Positions 7,909-17,388 are shown, counted from the first letter of the stretch. The stretch: 32,000 nt of DNA from Desulfocapsa sulfexigens DSM 10523 (GCF_000341395.1 NC_020304.1:150001-182000); one strand, 5' to 3'. Numbers and translations: made by a program. The notes: generated by a model not told the origin, from the sequence alone.

Positions 7909-9638
7909 CCGGCACCTCTCTTTGTTGCAAAGGCGATGCTCCAGGTGCCAGGACCCATATGAACGCCTGAAGTGAGAGATAGGGGAACGAGCAGAATCTC
8001 CGCCTTTGGGACCTCCTCCCGTATCTGCGGCTCCACGACACTTTCCAGCCATTCCCTGTTATCCGTATACTGCAGCAGCACCAGCAGAGCAGATTCTTTA
8101 TGATTCGATGCGCCAAGCCGCTTCTTTGCAAAATCCAACTGGGCCTCAGCATTTCGAACCACACCAACCTTGGCAACCCCTTCAAAACCAGGAGTGATGA
8201 CAGGTTTCATCTGCAGAAGATCCCCAAAAAATCCCTTTGCTCTGGAAACACGCCCACCGGACACCAGATATTTCAGTTCATGGATAAAAACGTACTCTTC
8301 CGCTTTCCTGGTGAGTTTTTCTGCATAGTCCACCACTGCATCGACACCAGCACCTCCCTCTGCAAAGCGGGCCGTCAGAAGAGCGATTACGGCTAATCGT
8401 CCAGAAGCGGCACCGCTATCAAGAACCATAAACCGATCATCTGAATCGTTATTTTTCTTCCACTCTCTGGCAGTGACAAAATTTCCGGTGAAGGCAGAAC
8501 CGGTACTGAGATAGAGCACTTTTTCATACTGCTGGATCGCTGCCCGATAGTGAAGATGCCGTTCATGGCTTGATGCCTGGGCAGTGCTGACACGTGCTCC
8601 CCCCCTCATCAGAGTATAGAGTTGTTCAGGGAAGAAAAGGCTCTCCGGCAGGGCCTGATCTCCGGCAACTATATAACTGTCGAGAAGGATAATTCCGTGA
8701 CCACGGGCAAGTGTCAAAGGAATGGAGCCTGCTGCATCGCTCATAATCCTGATACGGTTTGCAACAAAGGATTTCTGCCTACCCGCCGTAATCATAGGGT
8801 CCATGGCCTCATCCGACCAGTTCACAAGATCTCCCAGCAGGGAGAGATTACCGCGTAATGTCTCCGGATCCCGGGTGTGGATATGCAGTTTCACTCCGGC
8901 GCCATCCTGGACAACCACGGCACTGTTTCCCAGATTTGCTATCTTTTCTGTAAGATCATCCCCTGTTCCGCTGGTTGCAAGTAATGCCTCAACGCAATAC
9001 TCACCGCTTGCCTGGGGATAATAAGAAGCGTCGATGGAAAGGGTATCACCAAAGAGTTCAACCACCGGGCTTAATTCTGTTTTCTGTCCGCTCAATTCCT
9101 GAAAAAATCCATCAAAAAAGAGAAACATCCCCAAAGCCCCGGAATCAACAACTCCCGCTTCGGAAAGCTCCGCCAGTTGCTCTCTTGTACCCAACACCGT
9201 ACCTTGCAGCTGTGTTCTGATTTTCAACCAGTCACAATCAGTTGGGTTTTCCTCATCGAGCAACAGACAGAGGCTGTCAAAAACAGCAAGCATGGTGCCG
9301 GGTCTGGGATCCGCTATGGCCTGCCAGGCCTTCTCCCTGCCTCTTTTTGCCTGCTGGACCAACCCGGCACCATTGGGATTGAGAAATTCACAAAAGAATG
9401 CCACTGCAATATTACCCGAGTTACCACGGCCACTGGAGGCAAGACGAGCAACAGCAGCTGCCATATCTGTAGCACATTCCCGCAGAGGAGAAAGACTGAG
9501 ACGCAGATTTGCCCCGGTATCACCGTCTGCCACGGGAAAGACATTAATACGGTCAAGAAGCTCGGCCCATACGGCCAGATTTTCATATCCGGCTATGGCG
9601 GCTGCAACACTGTTAGAGGCAAATATAGAATCTTTCAT
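7902..9638 (-). CDS. DhaL/Dak2 (FakA N-terminal-like) domain fused to a DegV (FakB-like) fatty-acid-binding domain
   Basis: The N-terminus has INVFPVADGDTGANL, the Dak2/DhaL nucleotide-binding signature seen at FakA/YloV N-termini. The C-terminal roughly 285 aa begin IRIMSDAAGSIPLTLARGHGIILLDSYIVAGDQ, which matches the DegV pattern. It is a single uninterrupted 578-aa ORF. Confidence 0.8.
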   Translation of the reverse strand: MKDSIFASNSVAAAIAGYENLAVWAELLDRINVFPVADGDTGANLRLSLSPLRECATDMAAAVARLASSGRGNSGNIAVAFFCEFLNPNGAGLVQQAKRGREKAWQAIADPRPGTMLAVFDSLCLLLDEENPTDCDWLKIRTQLQGTVLGTREQLAELSEAGVVDSGALGMFLFFDGFFQELSGQKTELSPVVELFGDTLSIDASYYPQASGEYCVEALLATSGTGDDLTEKIANLGNSAVVVQDGAGVKLHIHTRDPETLRGNLSLLGDLVNWSDEAMDPMITAGRQKSFVANRIRIMSDAAGSIPLTLARGHGIILLDSYIVAGDQALPESLFFPEQLYTLMRGGARVSTAQASSHERHLHYRAAIQQYEKVLYLSTGSAFTGNFVTAREWKKNNDSDDRFMVLDSGAASGRLAVIALLTARFAEGGAGVDAVVDYAEKLTRKAEEYVFIHELKYLVSGGRVSRAKGFFGDLLQMKPVITPGFEGVAKVGVVRNAEAQLDFAKKRLGASNHKESALLVLLQYTDNREWLESVVEPQIREEVPKAEILLVPLSLTSGVHMGPGTWSIAFATKRGAGC

Positions 9639-9871
9639 TCATCGCGTAGGTTTACTGTAGCTGGGTCACATTCTAATAGCTGATATTGGAGTGCAACACC
9701 TTATCAGAGAAGGTGACAAAGATGCAATCACAACCTGCGGATATGCCCGACACCGAGATCCCACTCTCCTTCCCCAAAAAGGTAATCCACGGTTCCAGGA
9801 CGCAGAGCGTTAGTTAACAGGCAACAGGATTTAAGAAAGGAGGAAACACAAGGGATTCTGGAATTCTGACA

Positions 9872-11242
9872 CTACAGAGATGTGAAAAGTTTACAGATTG
9901 CCTCCCTGTCATATTTACCGTTTGGCATAACAGGAATTGCAGAGACAACCCTGATACGTTTTGGCATGGCGGCGGGTTCCAGACCACCGGTCAGGACTTT
10001 TTTCAGATTATCGAGGTCAAGCCCTTCACCACGAACAAGCGCTGCAATCAGGTTTCCCCGCCCCCCTTTATCAGCCAGGGAAACGACCACACATTCCTGT
10101 ACAGCGGCTTGACTTTGTATAAAATCACGAACCTCGTCAATATCTACCCGGACACCACCTACCTTGGTTATAGCGTCCGCTCTGCCATGCAAAGAGAAGC
10201 CGGCTGCTCCCTCCTGCTGTACCCGATCTCCAGAAAGAAAAAAGCCATCTCCATTTACTGGTAGATCAGGAGAGAGAAAAGGGGACTGAACATAGAGGCG
10301 CTCTTCCGCTATCCGCCAGATGACCGGCTCAAGCGGAGTAAAAAATTTCTGACCAACGGACCTGTCACGACTGGCAAGTCCTCCTGTTTCCGTGGAGCCA
10401 TAGACTTCCACCACTCCGATATCATTGGATGCTGAAAACTCGAGGCTGTCTGTTTCCTCAAGCATTCCGGCAGAAGAAAAGGCCACTCTGAGAGATGTTC
10501 CAACACTCCTTCCCCTTAAAACACGGTAGTGGGCAGGAACACTGACCAGAACGGTTGCCGAGTTCTGCTCCACAGCTTCAGTAATTTCCGCGGGGAAAGA
10601 GGGCGTTTCAGCAAGAACGGCAGCGGAAGAAACAAGAGGGATTACAATGGAAAACAAAAGACCGTAAATATGATAGGGGCTGACAGTTGACAGGATAATA
10701 TCCTGATTAGTAATCTGGTATCTGGAGGCCATAAACCAGGCTTCACCAAAGATATTGCCTGCTGTTTTTGACCAGATTTTCGGGCTTCCGGTGGAACCAC
10801 CCGTAAATATCCGGAGGAGCTCTGCATCTTCTGAAATGTTTTTAACAGGAAGTGAAACAGTGCCTCCCTTTCTTTCGGAGGAAATACACTGTATATCAGG
10901 TAAAAACTCCCGTTCCACATCGACTACCGCGCTGGTAAAGCCGGTAACTTGACGCATCTGTTCCAGAGCACTTTCTGAAAAACTATGGGGCAGAACCAGT
11001 ATTTTTCCGCTTGCCATTGCTGCAAGGAGGGCAGCGGCAATCACAGATCTTTCTTCTGCAGCAAGGCAGATGGGGACCTCACTTCCCATCTCAACAAAGG
11101 CAGCGTACAAACGGCCAGCCATGGTATAAACATCTTCCCGACTGTCTTTTTGGTACAAAAAAGGCTGCTGCGGATCAACGGGAGCCTGTAACAGTTTTTC
11201 CAGCAAGCCTTCAATGTCAGCCCCGCTATACAGGCTCTTCAT
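9872..11242 (-). CDS. Adenylate-forming enzyme (acyl/aryl-CoA or acyl-ACP ligase, ANL superfamily)
   Basis: TGGSTGSPK (A3), YGSTETGG (A5), GRADAITKVGGVRV (A8) and PNGKYDR (A10) motifs. I prefer the ATG at 11242, 1 nt after the upstream stop. The track ORF extends to 11308 inside the upstream gene. Confidence 0.85.
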   Translation of the reverse strand: MKSLYSGADIEGLLEKLLQAPVDPQQPFLYQKDSREDVYTMAGRLYAAFVEMGSEVPICLAAEERSVIAAALLAAMASGKILVLPHSFSESALEQMRQVTGFTSAVVDVEREFLPDIQCISSERKGGTVSLPVKNISEDAELLRIFTGGSTGSPKIWSKTAGNIFGEAWFMASRYQITNQDIILSTVSPYHIYGLLFSIVIPLVSSAAVLAETPSFPAEITEAVEQNSATVLVSVPAHYRVLRGRSVGTSLRVAFSSAGMLEETDSLEFSASNDIGVVEVYGSTETGGLASRDRSVGQKFFTPLEPVIWRIAEERLYVQSPFLSPDLPVNGDGFFLSGDRVQQEGAAGFSLHGRADAITKVGGVRVDIDEVRDFIQSQAAVQECVVVSLADKGGRGNLIAALVRGEGLDLDNLKKVLTGGLEPAAMPKRIRVVSAIPVMPNGKYDREAICKLFTSL

Positions 11243-11243
11243 A

Positions 11244-12506
11244 TCAGGTGAGATCCCGTCCAAAGGCCTGTTCCGCCATCTCCCTGTTGCGAGGCTGGAA
11301 CGTTCCATCTTCCATTTCCTTACTCACAACCTGTTTAAAGAGCTTGAACATCTTCAGTTCCTGCGGTTCGTCCTGGTAAAATGTATTCCAGGCCAGATCA
11401 AGCAGATCCTGCAGTTTCCCAGGGCTCATCTGTTTTGGCTGATAGACGACCTTATCTGCAGAAAAGTCGTTCCAGTCTCTGGAAAGAATACGCCCCTGCT
11501 GCTCAAGTTCCTTGTATGCCTTAGTATGAGGGAAGGGGGTCAACACCGTAAATTCGGCAAGATCAAGCTCTATATCGAGAAGAAAATCTATTAATTCCTT
11601 GATATAGTCCTCGCTGTGGCTGTCGAGCCCAAGAAGGATAGTCCCTTCAACGCCTATACCGTGATCATGGTAGCGCTTAATCCGTTCACGAATATAATCA
11701 GAGGTATCAAATACCGCCTGATACACATACCAGGCTCCGGCCTGGGCAGCCAGATCAAGAATCTCCGGTTTATCTTCAATGGGGTGGGAACACCACTTCT
11801 TCTTCAGAGGGATCATTTCCCGAAACAGATCTTTCTCCCACTGGCTGTTCTGGGCCAGCGAGTTATCCACAACAAACATACGATTGTTATCAATCCCGGC
11901 CATCTCAGCAACGGCCTGATCAATGGGCCGGGGCCTGAAATCCCGGCCGCCAAGATAGGAAACGGCGCAGGGGTAGCAGTTAAAACGACAACCTCTGGAA
12001 GCATGCACCAGATCAACCATCTGCACGCCTTTATAGTTATAGAGTTTTCTATTGAGGATATCTCGACGGGCAGGGCCCACAAGACCAATATCAGGACGAT
12101 CATTCATATAATCGTAACAGGGTTTCAGAGTACCATTCCTGAAATCAGCCATGACCTGTTCCATCCGACTTTCAGCCTCACCCAGGAATACAGAATCGGC
12201 GTGTTTCATGGTCTCTTCAGCATGAAGCATGGTGGCAATACCGCCAAAAATCACCTTGATACCTTTTTTACGAAAGGTATCACCAATCTCCCAGCCCCGC
12301 TTCACCTGGACGGTGAGCATCATGGATATTCCAACCATATCGACCTCTTCGTCAAAATCGATCTCCTCCAGATTTTCGTCAACAAAATCTATATCGACAT
12401 AGTCCGGTAAGGTGGCGGCAAAAACAACGGGGCCGTGTGGTGGAAGGTGAAATTCCGTCTGTCTGGAAAGTTTGGCCCATTTAGGATAAATCAGTTTGAA
12501 TTTCAT
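11244..12506 (-). CDS. Cobalamin-binding-domain (class B) radical SAM protein
   Basis: N-terminal B12-type domain (VDMVGISMM...KVIFGGIATM) followed by ASRGCRFNCYPC (CxxxCxxC). Confidence 0.9.
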   Translation of the reverse strand: MKFKLIYPKWAKLSRQTEFHLPPHGPVVFAATLPDYVDIDFVDENLEEIDFDEEVDMVGISMMLTVQVKRGWEIGDTFRKKGIKVIFGGIATMLHAEETMKHADSVFLGEAESRMEQVMADFRNGTLKPCYDYMNDRPDIGLVGPARRDILNRKLYNYKGVQMVDLVHASRGCRFNCYPCAVSYLGGRDFRPRPIDQAVAEMAGIDNNRMFVVDNSLAQNSQWEKDLFREMIPLKKKWCSHPIEDKPEILDLAAQAGAWYVYQAVFDTSDYIRERIKRYHDHGIGVEGTILLGLDSHSEDYIKELIDFLLDIELDLAEFTVLTPFPHTKAYKELEQQGRILSRDWNDFSADKVVYQPKQMSPGKLQDLLDLAWNTFYQDEPQELKMFKLFKQVVSKEMEDGTFQPRNREMAEQAFGRDLT

Positions 12507-12523
12507 TTTTATATTTTTGAATT

Positions 12524-13189
12524 TTATATTTTATCGGCACTTATCAGTTTCATATCTAAAGTGTAACCCCGGATTCCATGAGCTTTGAGTTGGATTTTCT
12601 CAGGAATCATTGCACCAGCAACCAGATGATATTCTTCCATCCAAATGGACCGGGTTCTTTTGCGACTGCTATCATACACATTCACCCCTCTACTTCCATT
12701 TAATTCGATCAGGACATCAGACAGATGGCCACTTTCATCAACATACCTGCAGAGAGTTCCTTCATGGACAGACTCTCCTGTGGCCACTGCCTCACCCGGA
12801 GGAAGCAGGAAAACAGTCTTCACATCACGCATCAAACCAAGAGCAAATTCTGCATTGTCAAAGGGAGGCAAAGCCCTTCTTATATCAAGTTTATTTTCTT
12901 TAGCAAGCTCTGCCTCAAAAAGGACAAAGCCTTCAACTCCCATAAGGCCTGTTTTCAATGTCTCCCCATCGAGCACCGTCACCCCGATCACCGTGGCTCC
13001 ATGGCCGTTTGCCATCTCAAAGCTGATGGAATGGACAAACTGCCACTTTCCTGTGACAAATGTCTGTTTGCAGCGCTCTATTTCCAGCGAATCTACACGT
13101 CCCTCAGGGAACTTCGGTGGTGTCAAGCCCTGCATCATTGAACAGGATGAAAACACAAACAGCATCAGCCACAGGGAAAGGGTTTTCAT
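12524..13189 (-). CDS. Putative lipoprotein (possibly the DUF3261-type lipoprotein found in APE clusters)
   Basis: Signal peptide MKTLSLWLMLFVFSSC with a lipobox-like FSSC. It forms an ATGA overlap with the LolA-like gene stop. The family assignment rests on size and context only. Confidence 0.65.
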   Translation of the reverse strand: MKTLSLWLMLFVFSSCSMMQGLTPPKFPEGRVDSLEIERCKQTFVTGKWQFVHSISFEMANGHGATVIGVTVLDGETLKTGLMGVEGFVLFEAELAKENKLDIRRALPPFDNAEFALGLMRDVKTVFLLPPGEAVATGESVHEGTLCRYVDESGHLSDVLIELNGSRGVNVYDSSRKRTRSIWMEEYHLVAGAMIPEKIQLKAHGIRGYTLDMKLISADKI

Positions 13190-13773
13190 GGCCTGGTAAA
13201 AACCGTTGTTGGAATCTGCTCGTTTAAGACCCCTTCTGAAAAAACCATCCGGGTAAAAGACCCCGGCCCCTCAAAGAGAGTTACCGATTCCATCAGTCCC
13301 GAACTGCCAAGCAGTTTTAACTCAATGCGAGCGATGATTTTCACAAGCGCCTCATCCCGAGGAGTGAGGATAATCAGATCATTTTCGTGACTCTGCACTT
13401 GAAAGGTTGGGGTATCCGTGATCTGCCCGTCGAGCCAGCTGGTGATCTCCTCCAGAACAATCTGCATGGAATCCACGCCCATCCCCTGCTCCTCAGTAAA
13501 CTGCCCGTCATGTTGAATAAATTTACGGGTGTCTCCATCGTGCATAAGCAGCACCGTATGAATTGGAGAGAAATACTCCCAGCGCAGTGAATCTGGTGCC
13601 TGAAACACAAAGTGGCCCGTTGAGATAATGGGGCGGGCAAGGATTGGAAGTTGTTTTTCCTGGGTAAAATCCGCGTGCACGGATTCCACACGTACACTCT
13701 CCCCTTCAGCCTCCTGCGCCTGTCCGGAAACAGTACAGAAGCAGAACAGTAAAAGAGTCAATAGATACTTCAT
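13186..13773 (-). CDS. LolA-like outer-membrane lipoprotein/lipid carrier protein
   Basis: Cleavable signal peptide (MKYLLTLLLFCFCTVSGQA) and the LolA-type FTQEK...GHFVFQAPDSLRWEY pattern. The ATG at 13773 shares one base with the FabG stop. The track starts at the GTG at 13779. Confidence 0.8.
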   Translation of the reverse strand: MKYLLTLLLFCFCTVSGQAQEAEGESVRVESVHADFTQEKQLPILARPIISTGHFVFQAPDSLRWEYFSPIHTVLLMHDGDTRKFIQHDGQFTEEQGMGVDSMQIVLEEITSWLDGQITDTPTFQVQSHENDLIILTPRDEALVKIIARIELKLLGSSGLMESVTLFEGPGSFTRMVFSEGVLNEQIPTTVFTRP

Positions 13774-14510
13774 CAACACATCCCGCCATTCACGGAAAGG
13801 ATCTGTCCGGTCATATACGAGGCAGCGTCGGAACAGAGGAAAGCCACTACCTTTGCAACCTCTTCCGGCCTGCCGATACGAGCCATGGGAATAAGTGTTT
13901 TTATATGATCCTTGGGGGCATCAGCTATCATATCCGTTTCTATAAGGCCTGGCGCCACCACGTTGACCCGGATGCCAAGACGTGCGACCTCCGAAGCCAC
14001 AACCCTGCTGGCGGCATTCAGTCCAGCTTTTGCCGCTGAATAGTTGGCCTGCCCACGGTTGGGAAGCATCGATGATGCCGAAGAAATCGAGACGATGGAA
14101 CCACTTCTTGCCCGTACCATTTTCTCAATAACAGGCCGGGTCATATTGTAAAATCCATTGAGACTGGTATCGATAACCGCCTGCCAGCTCTCACGGTCCA
14201 TCATCATAAAGAGCCCGTCTTTTATGATTCCGGCATTGTTAACAAGGACATCAATGCGGCCGAGCCTTTCTGCAATATCGTTTACTACTTCCTCAACCCT
14301 GTCAGCTTCACGGATATCAAAACCGTAGATTTCGCCAACGCCACCACTTTCCGTTACCAGCTGAAGGGTTTTTTCGGCAGCTTCAAGGTCCGATCGATAA
14401 TTGATCACAGTGTAATATCCAGCCCCTGCAAGTTCCACGGCAATGGCCCGACCAATTCCCCTGGCAGCACCCGTAACGATTGCAACCTGTTTGTCTCTTT
14501 CTTCTTTCAT
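13773..14510 (-). CDS. fabG: 3-oxoacyl-ACP reductase (SDR)
   Basis: TGAARGIGRAIA cofactor motif, NNAG, and a Ser...YSAAK catalytic triad. 245 aa. Confidence 0.95.
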   Translation of the reverse strand: MKEERDKQVAIVTGAARGIGRAIAVELAGAGYYTVINYRSDLEAAEKTLQLVTESGGVGEIYGFDIREADRVEEVVNDIAERLGRIDVLVNNAGIIKDGLFMMMDRESWQAVIDTSLNGFYNMTRPVIEKMVRARSGSIVSISSASSMLPNRGQANYSAAKAGLNAASRVVASEVARLGIRVNVVAPGLIETDMIADAPKDHIKTLIPMARIGRPEEVAKVVAFLCSDAASYMTGQILSVNGGMC

Positions 14511-14533
14511 AGCTTTTCTACTCTATTCGTTTT

Positions 14534-14974
14534 TTAGACCTGAAATAATTGCAGGGTTACTTCTCCAATCAGGGTTCCATCCATATGGAGAACGGCAGAC
14601 ACCTCACGAAGCTTATCGTACACATGGCTGTTTTCTGAGCGGGTCAGCACCGTCTTTCCAAGGGGAATGCACTCTACATAAAAGTGTGCCCGTTTAATTC
14701 CCACAAGCCATCCCATCTTACTGGAATCCTCACCATGATCCTTTATTCGAGACAGTCCGTTACAGACCCCAGCCGTTTGAGCCGCAAGCTCCACCAGTAG
14801 CAGTGGCTGTACGCCACCGTTGTCCATTAAGGGAAAGGACGCTTTTATCAATGATGCTGTCAGCGCATGATGCTCATCCATTTCGAGAATGTCGTCGATC
14901 AGCAGCATGGTGCCACGATGCGGAAGCAGATCTTCGATGGTATAATCAAATAATTGCGTCGGGTTTCGTTCCAT
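14534..14974 (-). CDS. Hotdog-fold 3-hydroxyacyl-ACP dehydratase (ApeP/FabZ-like)
   Basis: LLPHRGTMLLIDDI N-terminal signature. I start it at the ATG at 14974 (MERNPTQ...). The 39 codons the track adds upstream are hydrophobic, look like non-coding sequence, and extend into the promoter region. Confidence 0.85.
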   Translation of the reverse strand: MERNPTQLFDYTIEDLLPHRGTMLLIDDILEMDEHHALTASLIKASFPLMDNGGVQPLLLVELAAQTAGVCNGLSRIKDHGEDSSKMGWLVGIKRAHFYVECIPLGKTVLTRSENSHVYDKLREVSAVLHMDGTLIGEVTLQLFQV

Positions 14975-15638
14975 TCTTTTCCACAATTTGACGTATTTTT
15001 TTTGGGCCACATTGATTATGGTCACTCTAAACGGACGGCACAGCAACCGGAACAGTTCCCATATGTGTATTATGGATATACTCAACATCATACGGAAAAT
15101 CTATTCTTTTAGATATTCTGTTTTTTCGCAATTCTTTTCTTCATAGAGGTACGGTGAAAATGATAGTCTTCATGTATGCTCCTGAGACAGAAGTCATCCG
15201 AAAGACTTCACTCGCCCCCTCTCCGCCTTCTGTAAAGCTGTACCTGACAGCCTGCAGCTAAATCGAAGACGGGCCGGGGCAGAACAAAAACAGCTTTTCC
15301 ATCAGTACGATTGCTGACCGAAGATAATCAAAGAAACCTCTATACGTTGTGGCAGGCAGTGTAAGCATTTCTGTAACATACTATAATCCAATGAAATATT
15401 GGATGCTTCCCTGGATTCTTTTGATGTTGCTGCTTTGAGGGGGATATTATAGGGTGTTTTCAATGGTCTTGAGTAATTTGTGAGTGGATTATACTTCTTG
15501 CCATTTTTTCTACAGGAGCTTGCAAGAGGTGGAAGGCCACAGAAGCCACCCGGCAGTGCTGCTTTCAGCTCACGTTGGGATGCTAATTGGAAGGCTGGAA
15601 GCGTGATTTCTACTCGATACCTTCCTGACCAATAAGTG

Positions 15639-15656
15639 GATAGTGCTATCACTATC
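15639..15656. promoter_or_regulatory. Inverted repeat (candidate operator) upstream of the solitary class B radical SAM gene
   Basis: GATAGTG-ctat-CACTATC has perfect 7-bp arms. It overlaps a TATCAC-TATCAC direct repeat and lies 45-62 nt upstream of the ATG at 15701. Confidence 0.25.
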
Positions 15657-15700
15657 ACACCCTTCAACACGGGAATAATTATACACTGACAGGATCTTAT

Positions 15701-17245
15701 ATGACCCAATTATCGTTTAAGCATTATGGATCAAAAAAAGACTTTAAAAAAATCTACCTGATAGCCCCAAAACATCCTGACAACTTCTGGTCCATGCAGG
15801 GAACAGCTGATATTCTGGGGGCTAAGACCCTTATGCCGAATTCAGCTCTGGCCACATTGATGGCCCTGACGCCACCAGGGGTAAATATACAGTATACACT
15901 TGGGGATGAAAATATTTCTGCCGTCGATTTTGATTTCAGCTGCGACCTCGCAGTTATAACCGGAGGAACGCTTCATGCAGCACGAATTCATGAACTCTGC
16001 AGCGAGTTCAAGAAAAGAGGAACGAGGATAGCCCTCGGGGGCACATATGCCTCCATTGAGGCTGACAGGTGTGGAGGGTTGGCGGACCATCTCTTTATTG
16101 GAGAGGCTGAATATACCTGGCCACTTTTTCTCAAACAATGGACAGCAGGGAATGCTCTGGAAATCAACAGGCAGGAACACTACATCGACTTAAAAGACAG
16201 TCCTGCTCCCGACTGGTCCCTGATTCGTGTTGAGGACTATGTCAACATCAGTATTCAGACAAGCAGGGGATGTCCGAATCAATGTGATTTCTGTGATGTT
16301 ATCCAGTATGTGGGGAGGCAGTATCGAACAAAATCCATAGACCAGATCCTGCAGGAACTGCAAAATGCCGTGGATATCGGTGCCAGAACAGTTTTCTTTT
16401 CAGATGATAACTTTCTCGGCAATAAAAGGTTTACCAAAGAACTTCTCAGCAAGGTTATAGAGTGGAATGTTCAGCAGACGAGACCCCTCTCATTTTCAAC
16501 ACAGATCACCGTTCAGGTTGCCGACGATGATGAGTTGCTGCAAATGTTTGCAGATGCACGTTTTTCTGTCCTGTTTCTCGGAGTGGAAACTGTCAGGAAA
16601 GAGAGCCTTGCCGAGGTACACAAAAGCCAGAATGCAGAAAAAGATATTTTTGAACGCATTCGAAGAATATCCCGTTTTGGCATAGTCCCCTTTATTGGTC
16701 TTATCGTTGGTTTTGACAATGACGATGAAGGAATTTTTGAAGATTTGGAGCATTTTCTGGTGGAAACAGACAGTCCCATTGCCGGTATCAGTCTGCTCAA
16801 TGCACCCCGCCATACGCCTTTATACAAAAGGTTGAAGGAAGAAGGGCGATTGACAGAAAAGAATTTCTCAGGAGAGTGGCAGCTGCACACAAATATTGTT
16901 CCAAAACAGATGACTATCGAACGGATGAGTCTCCTGTACTGGGATCTCTTTCAAAAAATTTACCAACCAGAATTGTTCGAAGACAGATTTGTAAAATGGC
17001 TGAGGAATGTTGATTATTTCAGTACGATTTATGTAAACAAGAAGAGTGACCCCAGGCAGCTACTGCTTGGAGTTAAAATTTTCAAACATTTTATTTTTAA
17101 TGACGATCGCCGTGTACGTGCTCTTTTCTTCAGAATACTGAAGAAAACCTGGCAGATTAATCCGAAGCTGGTAAAGAGATTTTTCACTGTTATTACCCAG
17201 TACAGCCATTTTTACAGTTTTGTGAACTGTAAACAAGTGAAATAA
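15701..17245 (+). CDS. Cobalamin-binding-domain (class B) radical SAM protein with a long C-terminal extension
   Basis: B12-type N-terminal domain (DLAVITGGTLHA...RIALGGTYAS), then QTSRGCPNQCDFC (CxxxCxxC). About 150 extra C-terminal residues. AGGA SD at -10. Confidence 0.9.
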   Translation: MTQLSFKHYGSKKDFKKIYLIAPKHPDNFWSMQGTADILGAKTLMPNSALATLMALTPPGVNIQYTLGDENISAVDFDFSCDLAVITGGTLHAARIHELCSEFKKRGTRIALGGTYASIEADRCGGLADHLFIGEAEYTWPLFLKQWTAGNALEINRQEHYIDLKDSPAPDWSLIRVEDYVNISIQTSRGCPNQCDFCDVIQYVGRQYRTKSIDQILQELQNAVDIGARTVFFSDDNFLGNKRFTKELLSKVIEWNVQQTRPLSFSTQITVQVADDDELLQMFADARFSVLFLGVETVRKESLAEVHKSQNAEKDIFERIRRISRFGIVPFIGLIVGFDNDDEGIFEDLEHFLVETDSPIAGISLLNAPRHTPLYKRLKEEGRLTEKNFSGEWQLHTNIVPKQMTIERMSLLYWDLFQKIYQPELFEDRFVKWLRNVDYFSTIYVNKKSDPRQLLLGVKIFKHFIFNDDRRVRALFFRILKKTWQINPKLVKRFFTVITQYSHFYSFVNCKQVK

Positions 17246-17388
17246 AAAAAATCAACACTATCCAGTTAGTGCCTGTCACGATTCATAACCTGACACCAGA
17301 CATTGGGAATTACCAACATGACAATGCCGCGGATGACCAGAAGGAGTTGAAAAAACTATATACCTGTAAGAAGTCACGTTATGCCAAA

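Noticed and set aside
7909-8052. N-terminal extension of the GT2 ORF (MAGKCRGAADTGGGPKGG...), overlapping the DegV-fusion gene by 150 nt
   Set aside because: The extension is not GT2-like. The conserved GT2 N-terminus (VVIVIPAYN) begins just after the GTG at 7908, which has a good SD and the usual short overlap with the upstream stop.
9697-9715. Hairpin CACCTT-atcagag-AAGGTG in the ligase/DegV spacer, considered as a possible terminator
   Set aside because: No U/T tract follows it on either strand and the stem is only 6 bp. The evidence is insufficient to call a terminator.
14975-15091. Upstream extensions offered by the ORF track for the dehydratase (14975-15091), the ACP (21171-21311) and the ligase (11243-11308)
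   Set aside because: The family-conserved N-termini start at internal ATGs. The extensions are hydrophobic or low-complexity, or they overlap the preceding gene. Full-length versions would be atypically long for ACP and FabZ-like proteins.
15160-15261. 33-aa small ORF (MIVFMYAPETEVIRKTSLAPSPPSVKLYLTACS) with an AGAGGT SD-like sequence 9 nt upstream, considered as a possible RiPP-type precursor for the nearby radical SAM
   Set aside because: It lies 440 nt from the rSAM gene. I see no leader or core features, protease or exporter, and every neighbouring gene is ACP/KS lipid machinery. I cannot distinguish it from a chance ORF without conservation data.
15350-15366. Sigma54-like TGGCAG elements at 15350 and at 21217 (TGGCAGGAAACTATTC), plus a minus-strand TGCCAT-N5-TTTGCA near 21200-21220
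   Set aside because: The -12 GC is absent or wrongly spaced in the plus-strand hits. The invariant -24 GG is missing in the minus-strand hit, which in any case points at no gene.
15092-15700. Possible cobalamin riboswitch, given four B12-type radical SAM genes. I also looked in the spacers 4967-5201, 9639-9871, 17246-17583 and 20941-21311.
   Set aside because: I could not find the conserved B12-box or GCCACTG-type core, nor the GGGAA...GGTG...TCC pattern, on either strand. Only a covariance-model scan could settle this.
15302-15709. 135-aa minus-strand ORF filling the divergent intergenic region
   Set aside because: It has no recognisable motif and an odd, Cys/Pro/Leu-rich sequence that looks non-coding. 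Its start overlaps the ATG of the opposite-strand gene at 15701. It lies where two divergent promoters must be. I treat it as a chance ORF.
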